Below, piece by piece: positions 17,402 through 25,729 of a stretch of 64,000 nt of DNA (its first letter is position 1; every line of letters starts with the position of its first letter). Source of the stretch: Anaerovoracaceae bacterium. Its GTDB lineage: Bacteria; Bacillota; Clostridia; Peptostreptococcales; Anaerovoracaceae. The translations under genes and the position numbers were made by a program. The notes beneath the pieces were generated by a model that had not been told where the DNA came from, did no database searches, and was given only the letters and a program-made list of their open reading frames with translations. The stretch lies in NCBI GenBank assembly GCA_050953445.1, contig JBMNMS010000002.1:14599-78598 (forward strand), written 5' to 3'.

Positions 17402-20400
17402 ATGAGACAATACACGAGAAAAGGACTATCGTTTTTGGTGGCCATAGCCATGGTGTTAGCATTGATTCCGGCTACAGTTTTTGCCGATGAAGGCGGCGGC
17501 GTTGTTGATGATCAACCCGTACTAAAAAAAGTGAATTGTAGTCTGAGTAAGGTTGCTGTGGAGGCGGTTGATAACGAGAATAAGCAGGTGATAATAAAGG
17601 TGCCATATGGCTTTTCCGGCAGTATAGATTACGCCAATTGTACCTTTGAATATTACACTAATTATGGGAATGTTTTTCCTGCCGCCGGTACAAACTTTTC
17701 CTTGAAAAAAGGTGAAAGTAAGGAAGTTACTTTCGAATATGGTGAAACTGGTGAGGAAAGTGCTTCCACGACTTACACATTTAAAGTTATTGAGAGAGAA
17801 TATAAAGCACCTGTTTTTGAAAGCAGTTCGGAACTTTCGATAACAGGATCGGTGGGCACCGCAGGAATAACCATTCCGGCGAGTATTTTTAATACAAAGT
17901 ATACTGAAAATGATGGGGGGCCCATAAGCCAGATTGAATTCACTTCCGCAACTGTTAATAATGGAATAACATTGAAACTGAACGGGGAGGGGATTTCAGG
18001 GCCAATACCATTTACAGATATTCAAAATAGTAAACTTAAGGCCTATGCTTCTGCACCGGTTCCTGCAACGGCCTTTCAGTTCAGTGTATTTCACCAAAAA
18101 GAAGGGGTGCAGAACATAGTAGGGGAAAATGCTGTTTTGAAAATAACTGCCACCCTTAATACCAACATAAGCGATGTCACAGGTAATGTGAATCAGAAAA
18201 CTAATTATCCCTTATCCTCAGCTCTTACCTCAATCAAGGGCAAGGCAGCTACAGAATTGACTGAGATAAAATTCACCGCCTTACCAGATTCCAATGTGGG
18301 GAAGCTCTATACGGATTTAAATAGAGGTACATTGGTAAAGGCTGGAGATAATTTCAGTTGGGCTGATGGGGGAAAGGTTGTTTTCTATGCTGATACCGCT
18401 TCATCCTCGGCTAGAACAGGGATCATAGGCTATGAAGCTTATGATGACTCGGGTAATGTGTATACCGGATCTATAAAGATAACGGTGGCAGCTATAGATA
18501 CTGCCGTAAGATTTTCCGTTGATCAGGATAAGACACTAAAATTTGAAAAATCGGGTTTCAATACAGCTAGTAGCAATGCAACAGGGAAGGGATTGGATTA
18601 TATTACCTTTGATTCTGTACCTACATCCAGCCAGGGCACGCTGTATTACAACTATAAAAGCGCATCAAACACCGGTACTAAGATATCATCTGGAAGTACA
18701 AAGTATTATTACAGCGGAAGTGACGACAAACTGATTACAAATATAACCTTCGTCCCCAAGGATAATTATAGTGGTACCATCAATATAAACTATAAAGGGC
18801 GCAGCACCAATGGTGAGAATTTTACCGGAAAGATCACGATAGAGGTTAAGTCTACCGGAGGAGATATATCCAACTTAACATATAGCATGAAAAAGGGATC
18901 TAAGCTTACCTTTAAAGCATCGGATTTTAATAGTAAGTTCAAAAGTGCCTCAGGATCTAACCTGAGCTATGTAAAATTCAAGTCGGCTTCGGAAACCAAT
19001 TGGACGCTATATTACGATTACAAATCATCATCGGATACAGGAAGCAAGATTTCCACGAGTACAAAATATTATAGATCTGCAACGGGAAGCAATAAAGCTT
19101 TAGACAAGGTGACCTTTGTACCTAAAAATAGTTACTCAGGCACAATCTATTTGGATTACACGGGATACGATAGCAATGACGATGAATACACCGGTCGTGT
19201 GAAAATTACGGTAGGGGATAGCGATGAAAAATCGGATGCGGATATAGGACTAATCACCTATAACATTAAGGAAGATAAGACACAAACCCTTTCCGCAGCA
19301 ACCATGAACACCAAATTTAAGGATGCTGCCGGAGGTGAGGCGCTGTATTATGCCACCTTTAAGCAGCCTAAGGATGGTACGCTTTACTACGACTACAAAT
19401 CAGCCTCCGAGGTTGGTACGAAGGTATCCGAAGGAACAAAGTATTATAGAACCGCCTCGGGCTCGAGAAAACTCATCAACAACATAACCTATGTCCCCAA
19501 ATCCGGCTATAATGGAACAGTATATATTGATTATACGGGGTTTGATGAAAATGATGATGAATACAGCGGTCAGATTAAAATCTTAGTGGGAAGTGGAAAT
19601 GACAGCGGTTTAGCTACCCTTTCCTATAGTATTAAATCAAATGAAACGTTGACAGGACTGGCAACAGCTATCATCAACGGTTTTAAGAAGGTGGATGGAA
19701 ACAATCTGGATTATCTGACGTTTACATTACCTCCTTCTAATGTGGGAATCCTCTATAGCAACTATAATTCATCCAATAGGACAGGGACGGCTGCTACTGC
19801 AACAACCAAATATCATCGTAGCGGTACACCGTCACTTAACACTGTTGTATTTGTACCGAAACCCAATTATGTAGGTAGTTTTGATTTAAAATACAGGGCA
19901 TTTAATGAGGATGGGGATCACTACGATGGAATAATCAGGATCACTGTAACCGACGGTACTGTATCAAAATATTTTACTGATTTACCTGCAAGTTATAGCT
20001 GGGCAGCAACAGAAATAGATAGTCTGTATAGCAAAGGTATCATAAAGGGCGTTTCCACAAACTCTTATGGGCCGGGGGCTAACATTAAGAGAGGTGATTT
20101 TATGTTAATGCTGTATAGGGCATTTAACTTGAAATCGAATGCATCTTCATACGATTTTGCAGATGTCCCGAAGAACAGTTACTATTATGATGCTATAAAA
20201 ACGGGGAAGGCCTTGGGAATAGCCCAGGGTAGCAACAACAGGTTTAATCCGGAAGCCAATTTAACGAGACAAGATGCGATGGCTCTTGTTTACAGGACGA
20301 TAGAAAAGGCAGGGAAAAAGCTTCCTCAGGGAACATCGGCTGATATGACTCAATTCTCTGATAGAAGTCTGGTGTCGTCCTATGCGTATTCTGCTGTGGC

Positions 20401-20530
20401 AACCTTGGTTAAAGCAGAAATCATCAAAGGAACGGCTGATACGGGAGGTAAATTCAGGCTAAATCCAAAGGCGCAAATGACAAGAGCGGAAATGGCGGTA
20501 GTTTTATACAGAATACTTGAATTGCAATAG
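17402..20530 (+). CDS. Large secreted cell-wall protein: signal peptide, six tandem ~115-aa modules, three C-terminal SLH domains
   Basis: Signal peptide ending ATVFA/DE. SLH repeats are FTDLPASYSWAATEIDSLYSKGIIKG, FADVPKNSYYYDAIKTGKALGIAQG and FSDRSLVSSYAYSAVATLVKAEIIKG. Confidence 0.9.
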   Translation: MRQYTRKGLSFLVAIAMVLALIPATVFADEGGGVVDDQPVLKKVNCSLSKVAVEAVDNENKQVIIKVPYGFSGSIDYANCTFEYYTNYGNVFPAAGTNFSLKKGESKEVTFEYGETGEESASTTYTFKVIEREYKAPVFESSSELSITGSVGTAGITIPASIFNTKYTENDGGPISQIEFTSATVNNGITLKLNGEGISGPIPFTDIQNSKLKAYASAPVPATAFQFSVFHQKEGVQNIVGENAVLKITATLNTNISDVTGNVNQKTNYPLSSALTSIKGKAATELTEIKFTALPDSNVGKLYTDLNRGTLVKAGDNFSWADGGKVVFYADTASSSARTGIIGYEAYDDSGNVYTGSIKITVAAIDTAVRFSVDQDKTLKFEKSGFNTASSNATGKGLDYITFDSVPTSSQGTLYYNYKSASNTGTKISSGSTKYYYSGSDDKLITNITFVPKDNYSGTININYKGRSTNGENFTGKITIEVKSTGGDISNLTYSMKKGSKLTFKASDFNSKFKSASGSNLSYVKFKSASETNWTLYYDYKSSSDTGSKISTSTKYYRSATGSNKALDKVTFVPKNSYSGTIYLDYTGYDSNDDEYTGRVKITVGDSDEKSDADIGLITYNIKEDKTQTLSAATMNTKFKDAAGGEALYYATFKQPKDGTLYYDYKSASEVGTKVSEGTKYYRTASGSRKLINNITYVPKSGYNGTVYIDYTGFDENDDEYSGQIKILVGSGNDSGLATLSYSIKSNETLTGLATAIINGFKKVDGNNLDYLTFTLPPSNVGILYSNYNSSNRTGTAATATTKYHRSGTPSLNTVVFVPKPNYVGSFDLKYRAFNEDGDHYDGIIRITVTDGTVSKYFTDLPASYSWAATEIDSLYSKGIIKGVSTNSYGPGANIKRGDFMLMLYRAFNLKSNASSYDFADVPKNSYYYDAIKTGKALGIAQGSNNRFNPEANLTRQDAMALVYRTIEKAGKKLPQGTSADMTQFSDRSLVSSYAYSAVATLVKAEIIKGTADTGGKFRLNPKAQMTRAEMAVVLYRILELQ
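17825..19954 (+). repeat. Six diverged tandem coding repeats (~330-360 nt each) inside the SLH protein gene
   Basis: Protein-level periodicity at about aa 142-251, 252-363, 364-483, 487-605, 614-730 and 737-851. The last four share GTLYY(D/N)YKS.S..G(T/S)K(I/V)S..TKYYR...L..(I/V)TFVPK..Y.GT..(I/L).Y.G.D...(D/E).Y.G.I.I.V. Confidence 0.8.
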
Positions 20531-20586
20531 AAGCTCTGCTTTATAGACAACTATCCGTCATTTATTCCATACTATGCAGATTCATT

Positions 20587-20628
20587 GCTCCTACAGGATC
20601 ATCATTTGATCTGTAGGAGCAGTTTTTA
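20587..20628 (+). terminator. Rho-independent terminator of the SLH protein gene
   Basis: GCTCCTACAG, a 14-nt loop, then CTGTAGGAGC (10-bp stem) followed by AGTTTTT. Confidence 0.75.
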
Positions 20629-20705
20629 AAAGCAAAGAGGTATTGAGAGCGGGGGGTCTGTGGTAATAGTTTTTTCGGGTAAATTTTTGAACAAAAAATG
20701 ACATA

Positions 20706-21233
20706 TCAGATTTTGAAGGTGAAGGTCGAACCTTCTTTATTTTCATCATCGATTTCTATATATCTTAGCATTAGATCCGTTGCGTTGTCAGGAACCTCAT
20801 AGATCATATGATATTTAACTTTTTTATCCACTTGAAGCTGGAATTCAAAAGGCATCATATTTTCGTCCAGAGGGTCAAGTGGAAAGTATTTTTCACTGAA
20901 CGAAGGAGAAATCATATAAAAATCAAAGGTACCCATGGTAATAGGTTCTTTTGAAATATTCTTTTCTTCAATCACCACATCATACAGTACATGGCCGTCT
21001 TCCGGAAAGTAATCATCATATCCATTGATTTTTTCCACGGACTCAATATTGAATTCAAACCAGGCTGTTTTATAGGTTTTCCCTATCTGCCCATCGATTT
21101 CCCCCGATTTCAGCAAAGATATGTTTTTAATATTATGAATCAGATTATCAGGGGAAAATTCACAGGCCGTAAGGCAGATAAACGAAGTGAATAATGTGAA
21201 TGCTATTAAAGGGTAGAGTAGCTTTTTCTTCAT
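20706..21233 (-). CDS. Lipoprotein of unknown function
   Basis: Signal peptide with lipobox (FICLTAC), 175 aa, beta-rich mature part. Confidence 0.7.
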   Translation of the reverse strand: MKKKLLYPLIAFTLFTSFICLTACEFSPDNLIHNIKNISLLKSGEIDGQIGKTYKTAWFEFNIESVEKINGYDDYFPEDGHVLYDVVIEEKNISKEPITMGTFDFYMISPSFSEKYFPLDPLDENMMPFEFQLQVDKKVKYHMIYEVPDNATDLMLRYIEIDDENKEGSTFTFKI

Positions 21234-21254
21234 TGTATACTAAATCCTCCAGTG

Positions 21255-22166
21255 TCATACCTTAAACAAATCTGTGCTCAAATACTTTTCGCCCCTATCC
21301 GGGAATATCACTACAACGGTGCCTTTTTCCAGATAACGGACCACATTAAGGGTGGCCAGCATGGCAGCTCCGCTACTCATACCTACGAATATTCCCTCCT
21401 CTGAAACTATGCGTCGCGCCATTTCAAAGGCCGCCTCAGATTCAACCTTGATACTTATATCAACCTTGGATGGATCGTATATTTCAGGGACGATGGCTTC
21501 CTCCATGCTTTTTAGGCCTTGGATGTAATGTCCTTTAACCGGATGTGCTTCTACAATCTTGATTTCCGGGTTTTTTTCTTTCAATCCCATGCCCACCCCC
21601 ATGAGGGTACCGGAGGTGCCGAGGGAAGATACAAAATGAGTAACCCTTCCTTCCGATTGTTCCCATATTTCCTCAGCTGTTGCAACGTAGTGGGCAAGTT
21701 TGTTATTTTCATTGGAAAACTGGTTAGGGTTAAAATATTTATCAGGATAGGTCTCACATAGTTCCTTGGTTTTAATAATTGCCCCATCGGTACCGAGATC
21801 CGGATCTGTAAGCACCACTTCCCCGCCGAAAGCCTTAATCATCTTCTGCCGTTCAGTTGATACGGCAGCGCTCATGATAATCTGTACCTTGTATCCTTTC
21901 ACCTTTCCAATCATGGCAAGTCCTATACCGGTGTTTCCAGAAGTCGCCTCTATGATGATCTTGTCCTTTGTTAACTGTCCTTCTTTTTCAGCCTCTTCAA
22001 TCATTTTAAGTGCAATTCTATCCTTTATGCTGCCGGTAGGGTTAAAGCCCTCTAACTTTGCAAGTATTTCCACTTTAGGGTTTGGATTCATTTGATTTAT
22101 TCTGACCAGGGGCGTATTCCCTATGGTTTCTAAAATATTATTATAAGTTTTGGCTCCTATACTCAT
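21255..22166 (-). CDS. cysK: Cysteine synthase-family PLP enzyme (CysK/CysM-like)
   Basis: TIGNTPLVRI, NPTGSIKDR (PLP lysine), SGNTG and GTSGT motifs. ATG 22166 (MSIGAK) is preferred over GTG 22178. Confidence 0.85.
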   Translation of the reverse strand: MSIGAKTYNNILETIGNTPLVRINQMNPNPKVEILAKLEGFNPTGSIKDRIALKMIEEAEKEGQLTKDKIIIEATSGNTGIGLAMIGKVKGYKVQIIMSAAVSTERQKMIKAFGGEVVLTDPDLGTDGAIIKTKELCETYPDKYFNPNQFSNENNKLAHYVATAEEIWEQSEGRVTHFVSSLGTSGTLMGVGMGLKEKNPEIKIVEAHPVKGHYIQGLKSMEEAIVPEIYDPSKVDISIKVESEAAFEMARRIVSEEGIFVGMSSGAAMLATLNVVRYLEKGTVVVIFPDRGEKYLSTDLFKV

Positions 22167-22182
22167 TCTTAGTTTCACTCCT

Positions 22183-22222
22183 AAAAAATACTATGGGCAT
22201 ACATTAGTATTTTATGCCCATA
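22183..22222 (-). terminator. Rho-independent terminator after the aldolase-like gene
   Basis: 10-bp stem TATGGGCATA / TATGCCCATA (22192-22201 and 22213-22222). On the minus strand it is followed by GTATTTTTT. Confidence 0.7.
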
Positions 22223-22238
22223 ATGCGCTGGATGTCAA
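22209..22238 (-). promoter_or_regulatory. Candidate sigma-A promoter for cysK, overlapping the terminator hairpin
   Basis: Minus strand reads TTGACA (22238-22233), an 18-nt spacer, then TAAAAT (22214-22209). Confidence 0.4.
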
Positions 22239-22258
22239 ACGTTATTATGGGATTTATA

Positions 22259-23122
22259 TCATTTGCGTTTAGAATAGCTTTTAAGGTAATATCGGCGCAT
22301 GATGAAGCAGTCTAAAAGAGGGATGGGGTTATAGTTATCTGTGAGGGTGGCACATATTTCTGCTAATTCATTCTTTTCAAATATTGTATGGAGGGCTGGT
22401 TTATCCTCTGCTTTTAGAGCATTAATTTTATGGTACGATTTCACAAAGACACCTGCGATCTGAGCGAAATCATCCAGCATTGGGCGAACAAACCTTCTCC
22501 TTTGGGGATAATTGGTATAGTAAAAATCTTTCATTTCACTTAGATCAAAATTTGTAGCATGGCTGATTCCCAGGTAAATCTTCTTTATATAATTGAGGCA
22601 TGTTTTTTCTAACTCATGAGCGTTTTCAAATACTTCATCAGCATTGCTTCCGAAACAAAGAGCTCCGTGATGGGCCATTAAAATTGATCCTTCAGAAAAA
22701 GGAAGCACCTTTGCTATCTGCATTATCAGCTTCCTGGAACCGGGGGGGGCATAGGATGAAAGGGGAATACCTTTAAACTCAGCCTTATCTCCGATTCCAC
22801 AGACAGATGCTACCGAAGCATATTTTTGGTGGGTGTGAATTATAAATTTTGCCTCAGGGCGATTGCGATAGATCAGTGCATGGATTCCTTTTTCTGATGA
22901 TGGCCTGGTAGAACCCGTATAGGAGGCATCCTTTATCCGGCACAGGACAATATCATCTGCTTTTAAACTTTCATATGCTTTTCCGCTGGGTGTTATGGCA
23001 AACCAGTTATCGTCTATGCGACAGCTTACGTTACCCCAGGTACGGACAATAAGCCCGGATTCCATCAGTTTAAGACCGGCTCTTATAATAGATTCCTTTA
23101 TTTTTTGCATGTTCTCGTACAT
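22259..23122 (-). CDS. Class II aldolase/adducin-family protein with ~80-aa C-terminal extension
   Basis: TWGNVSCR, ITPSG, and metal ligands SSEKGIH, IIHTHQ and AHHGALCFG. Start trimmed to ATG 23122 (MYENMQ). Confidence 0.8.
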   Translation of the reverse strand: MYENMQKIKESIIRAGLKLMESGLIVRTWGNVSCRIDDNWFAITPSGKAYESLKADDIVLCRIKDASYTGSTRPSSEKGIHALIYRNRPEAKFIIHTHQKYASVASVCGIGDKAEFKGIPLSSYAPPGSRKLIMQIAKVLPFSEGSILMAHHGALCFGSNADEVFENAHELEKTCLNYIKKIYLGISHATNFDLSEMKDFYYTNYPQRRRFVRPMLDDFAQIAGVFVKSYHKINALKAEDKPALHTIFEKNELAEICATLTDNYNPIPLLDCFIMRRYYLKSYSKRK

Positions 23123-23248
23123 TTTAATTTTTCCCCTGATTTGTCGGATTACAATGACCATTATAGCATGAGGGATGGAAAGTTCCCAAGGGGATTGATT
23201 CAAAAAAAGCGAAGTCCCGGATAGGACTCCACTTTCACAATAGGCCGA

Positions 23249-25288
23249 TTAGCTATTTTTCAGATATGGTACCTGGCGTAATGTTTTGGGATCAAGGTTA
23301 TATTTGTTCAATTTTCTATAAAAGGTACTCAGGGGCATATTCATAGATGCAGCGGCCAGCTTTACATTGCCTGATTCTTTTTGCAAGGCTGCCAAAATCA
23401 GGTTGTATTCCTCTAATTCTGGTGAAGCTATTTCGCTCGTTTCTATTCCTGATAAGGTCTTGTCAATATTCTTTTTCGGAATATATTTTACTGTACCCTT
23501 GTGTTTTTCCGCATAGTAGTAGTTTATAAGGTCATCAGGCAAATCTGAAAGGCCTATGATAGTGCCTTCAGTCATGTTTAAGGTGTGCTCTACAACACTT
23601 TCCAGTTCACGCACGTTACCGGGCCAACTATATGTTATAAGTGCCTGCAAAGCCTCATCTTCTAAAATAGGGGGTTCTTTGCCCAAAGCTTTGCTGTATT
23701 TTTCCCCAAAAAATTTTAGAAGGGGCTTTATATCTTCGGTTCTTTCCCTTAGTGGAGGGATTACAATATTTAACACATTAAGAAGATAATATAGGTCTTC
23801 CCGGAAGGTTCGTTTTTGAACGGCCACTTGAAGACTGACACTGGTTGAGGCCAGTATTCTAGCATTCACAGTTTTACTGCGTTTTCCCCCCATGCGGACT
23901 ATTTCTTTTGTCTTCAAAACCTGAAGCAAAAGTGCTTGTATATCCAGGGATAGGTTATGAACCTCATCAAGAAATAGGGTACCCTCATCGGCTAATTCAA
24001 ATTTGCCGGGGTGACCGTTTCCTTTTTCCCCATCGAAGGCGCCACCCTCATATCCGAAAAATTCGCTTTCCATCAATCCCTTTGGAATAGCGTTGCAATT
24101 TACCCAAACAAAGGGGCCATTGCGGCGATTGCTGGCATTGTGTATTGCCTGAGCCAGAACCTCTTTTCCTGTGCCATTTTCCCCGAAGATTAAAACCGGT
24201 GAGGAGATTTCGGCTGCAACCTGCCCCAGTGACTTGACCGTTTGTATAGCAGCAGAGGTGCCCACTATTGAGTCAAAAGTGTATCTTGCTGAAAAGCCTG
24301 CCATTCTGTTTGCAAGGCTATGCAAGGCTTTCTGCGTGTTCAATATTAAAAGAGTCGAGCTTAAATCCTTTGTCCCGTGCTGCTTAGGAGTGATAGTAAG
24401 GCTTACATCGATGGGGACACTATATTTATTTAATAAGGTGCATTCAACCGCTTCAGCTTTCTTATCCAGATCCTTGATTGAATCAGGCAGTGAATCCATT
24501 TGAATCACAGATGAAAAGGGCTGTCCGATAAGATCCTTGTCCTCTAAACCAAGCACCTTAGGGGCAAGGTCATTGAAATGAAGAATTGATTTGTCGGCTC
24601 CTAAAAGAAGCACCGCATGGTTAAAGGAGTCCAATGTGGTTTTTAACATATTATTTGTTTGAGTTAGTTTGAATTCCTTTTCAATGCCGCTAATTGCTGC
24701 GCCAAGCATACCCATAATATATGGCTGATAGGCCTCCAATGGGCCTGTGATATTGATGGTCCCTATAAGATTATGACTGGTATCATAAATTGGAGATGCG
24801 TAACAGACCAAGGGGTGGTACATTTTCAGAAAATGTTCCGGCCCTAAAACCATTGAGGGTGCTTCATTTGCCAAGGATATACCTATACCATTAGTACCCA
24901 CTGACGACTCGGAAAAGTCACATCCATTAAAGAGCTGAGCCTGCTCTGATAGTTCGAGAAATTCTTGATCTTCTGATATAAAAAGTAACTGAAAGCCATT
25001 TTTGTCTGACAGCATTATATTGTGATTTGTTTCTTTCAGGAATTTATAGAAGTCTTTAAGGTAAGGAAAAGCTATTTGGGTTAAAAGGCTGTTCTCGGCC
25101 CAAATCTTATCCATATCTTCTGTTGACAAGGTTTCAATTTTAGTCAAAAAAGGATCTGCCTTACCTTTGGATCTTCTCCAAGATTCAACAATCTCCTGTC
25201 TAACGCCGTCTATGTGCTCCGGTATGGGCTCCGGACCGGCCACATAGCGATTCCATGCTTCTTGAATTTTATTAAAATCTAGATTCAT
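23249..25288 (-). CDS. AcoR-like AAA+ enhancer-binding-protein-family regulator (GAF-like N-domain, PAS, AAA+, Fis-type HTH) with variant GAFTGA loop
   Basis: GTNGIGISLA..PEHF..C.ASPI (AcoR-type N-domain). Walker A GENGTGKE, Walker B LFLDEV, FREDLYY and a C-terminal HTH. The L1 loop reads GAFDGE (nt 24026-24043) instead of GAFTGA. Confidence 0.88.
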   Translation of the reverse strand: MNLDFNKIQEAWNRYVAGPEPIPEHIDGVRQEIVESWRRSKGKADPFLTKIETLSTEDMDKIWAENSLLTQIAFPYLKDFYKFLKETNHNIMLSDKNGFQLLFISEDQEFLELSEQAQLFNGCDFSESSVGTNGIGISLANEAPSMVLGPEHFLKMYHPLVCYASPIYDTSHNLIGTINITGPLEAYQPYIMGMLGAAISGIEKEFKLTQTNNMLKTTLDSFNHAVLLLGADKSILHFNDLAPKVLGLEDKDLIGQPFSSVIQMDSLPDSIKDLDKKAEAVECTLLNKYSVPIDVSLTITPKQHGTKDLSSTLLILNTQKALHSLANRMAGFSARYTFDSIVGTSAAIQTVKSLGQVAAEISSPVLIFGENGTGKEVLAQAIHNASNRRNGPFVWVNCNAIPKGLMESEFFGYEGGAFDGEKGNGHPGKFELADEGTLFLDEVHNLSLDIQALLLQVLKTKEIVRMGGKRSKTVNARILASTSVSLQVAVQKRTFREDLYYLLNVLNIVIPPLRERTEDIKPLLKFFGEKYSKALGKEPPILEDEALQALITYSWPGNVRELESVVEHTLNMTEGTIIGLSDLPDDLINYYYAEKHKGTVKYIPKKNIDKTLSGIETSEIASPELEEYNLILAALQKESGNVKLAAASMNMPLSTFYRKLNKYNLDPKTLRQVPYLKNS

Positions 25289-25520
25289 ATTAATCCCCCC
25301 CCCAATGATTTTCGGTCATGTCTATTTTATCATAATATTAGAAAAAAATCTTTAAGTACCGAAAAAAATGGAAGATTCTGATGAGTTTGGCACCATGCTA
25401 TCCTTCGCCATCTCGGCATATACATTCTAACACGTGGTGAGAAAATATCAAGAAAAATTATCAATTCAAAAGAAAATTTGAGTGATAGAGAAAAATTTAT
25501 GAGAAACTATAAACATTTTC

Positions 25521-25549
25521 TTGACAAATTCTCACGGGTGACATATTAT
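25521..25549 (+). promoter_or_regulatory. Candidate sigma-A promoter upstream of the TPP-enzyme gene
   Basis: TTGACA (25521-25526), a 17-nt spacer, then TATTAT (25544-25549). It lies about 180 nt upstream of ATG 25730. Confidence 0.55.
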
Positions 25550-25729
25550 TCATGGTGAAGAGGAGAATACATTAGAAACCGATGAGAATTAATGGGGAAT
25601 TTATCATGTGTAAGATAAATTCAATTAGTTTATCGGCCACTAAGAAAAGCAGGAAGATATGAAGTAAATGACAATATCGTCATTTATATAGATGGTTTTA
25701 CTCAAATAAAAAGTACAAGGAGGGAAAAC

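Noticed and set aside
25385-25403. Possible sigma-54 promoter TTGGCACCATGCTATCC upstream of the TPP-enzyme gene, next to the EBP-family regulator.
   Set aside because: The -24 TGGCAC is present, but the -12 position reads TATCC rather than TTGC(A/T). It also lies about 340 nt from the start codon. A minus-strand TGGCGA-N-AGCA nearby is off by one in spacing. It is not convincing without a PWM scan.
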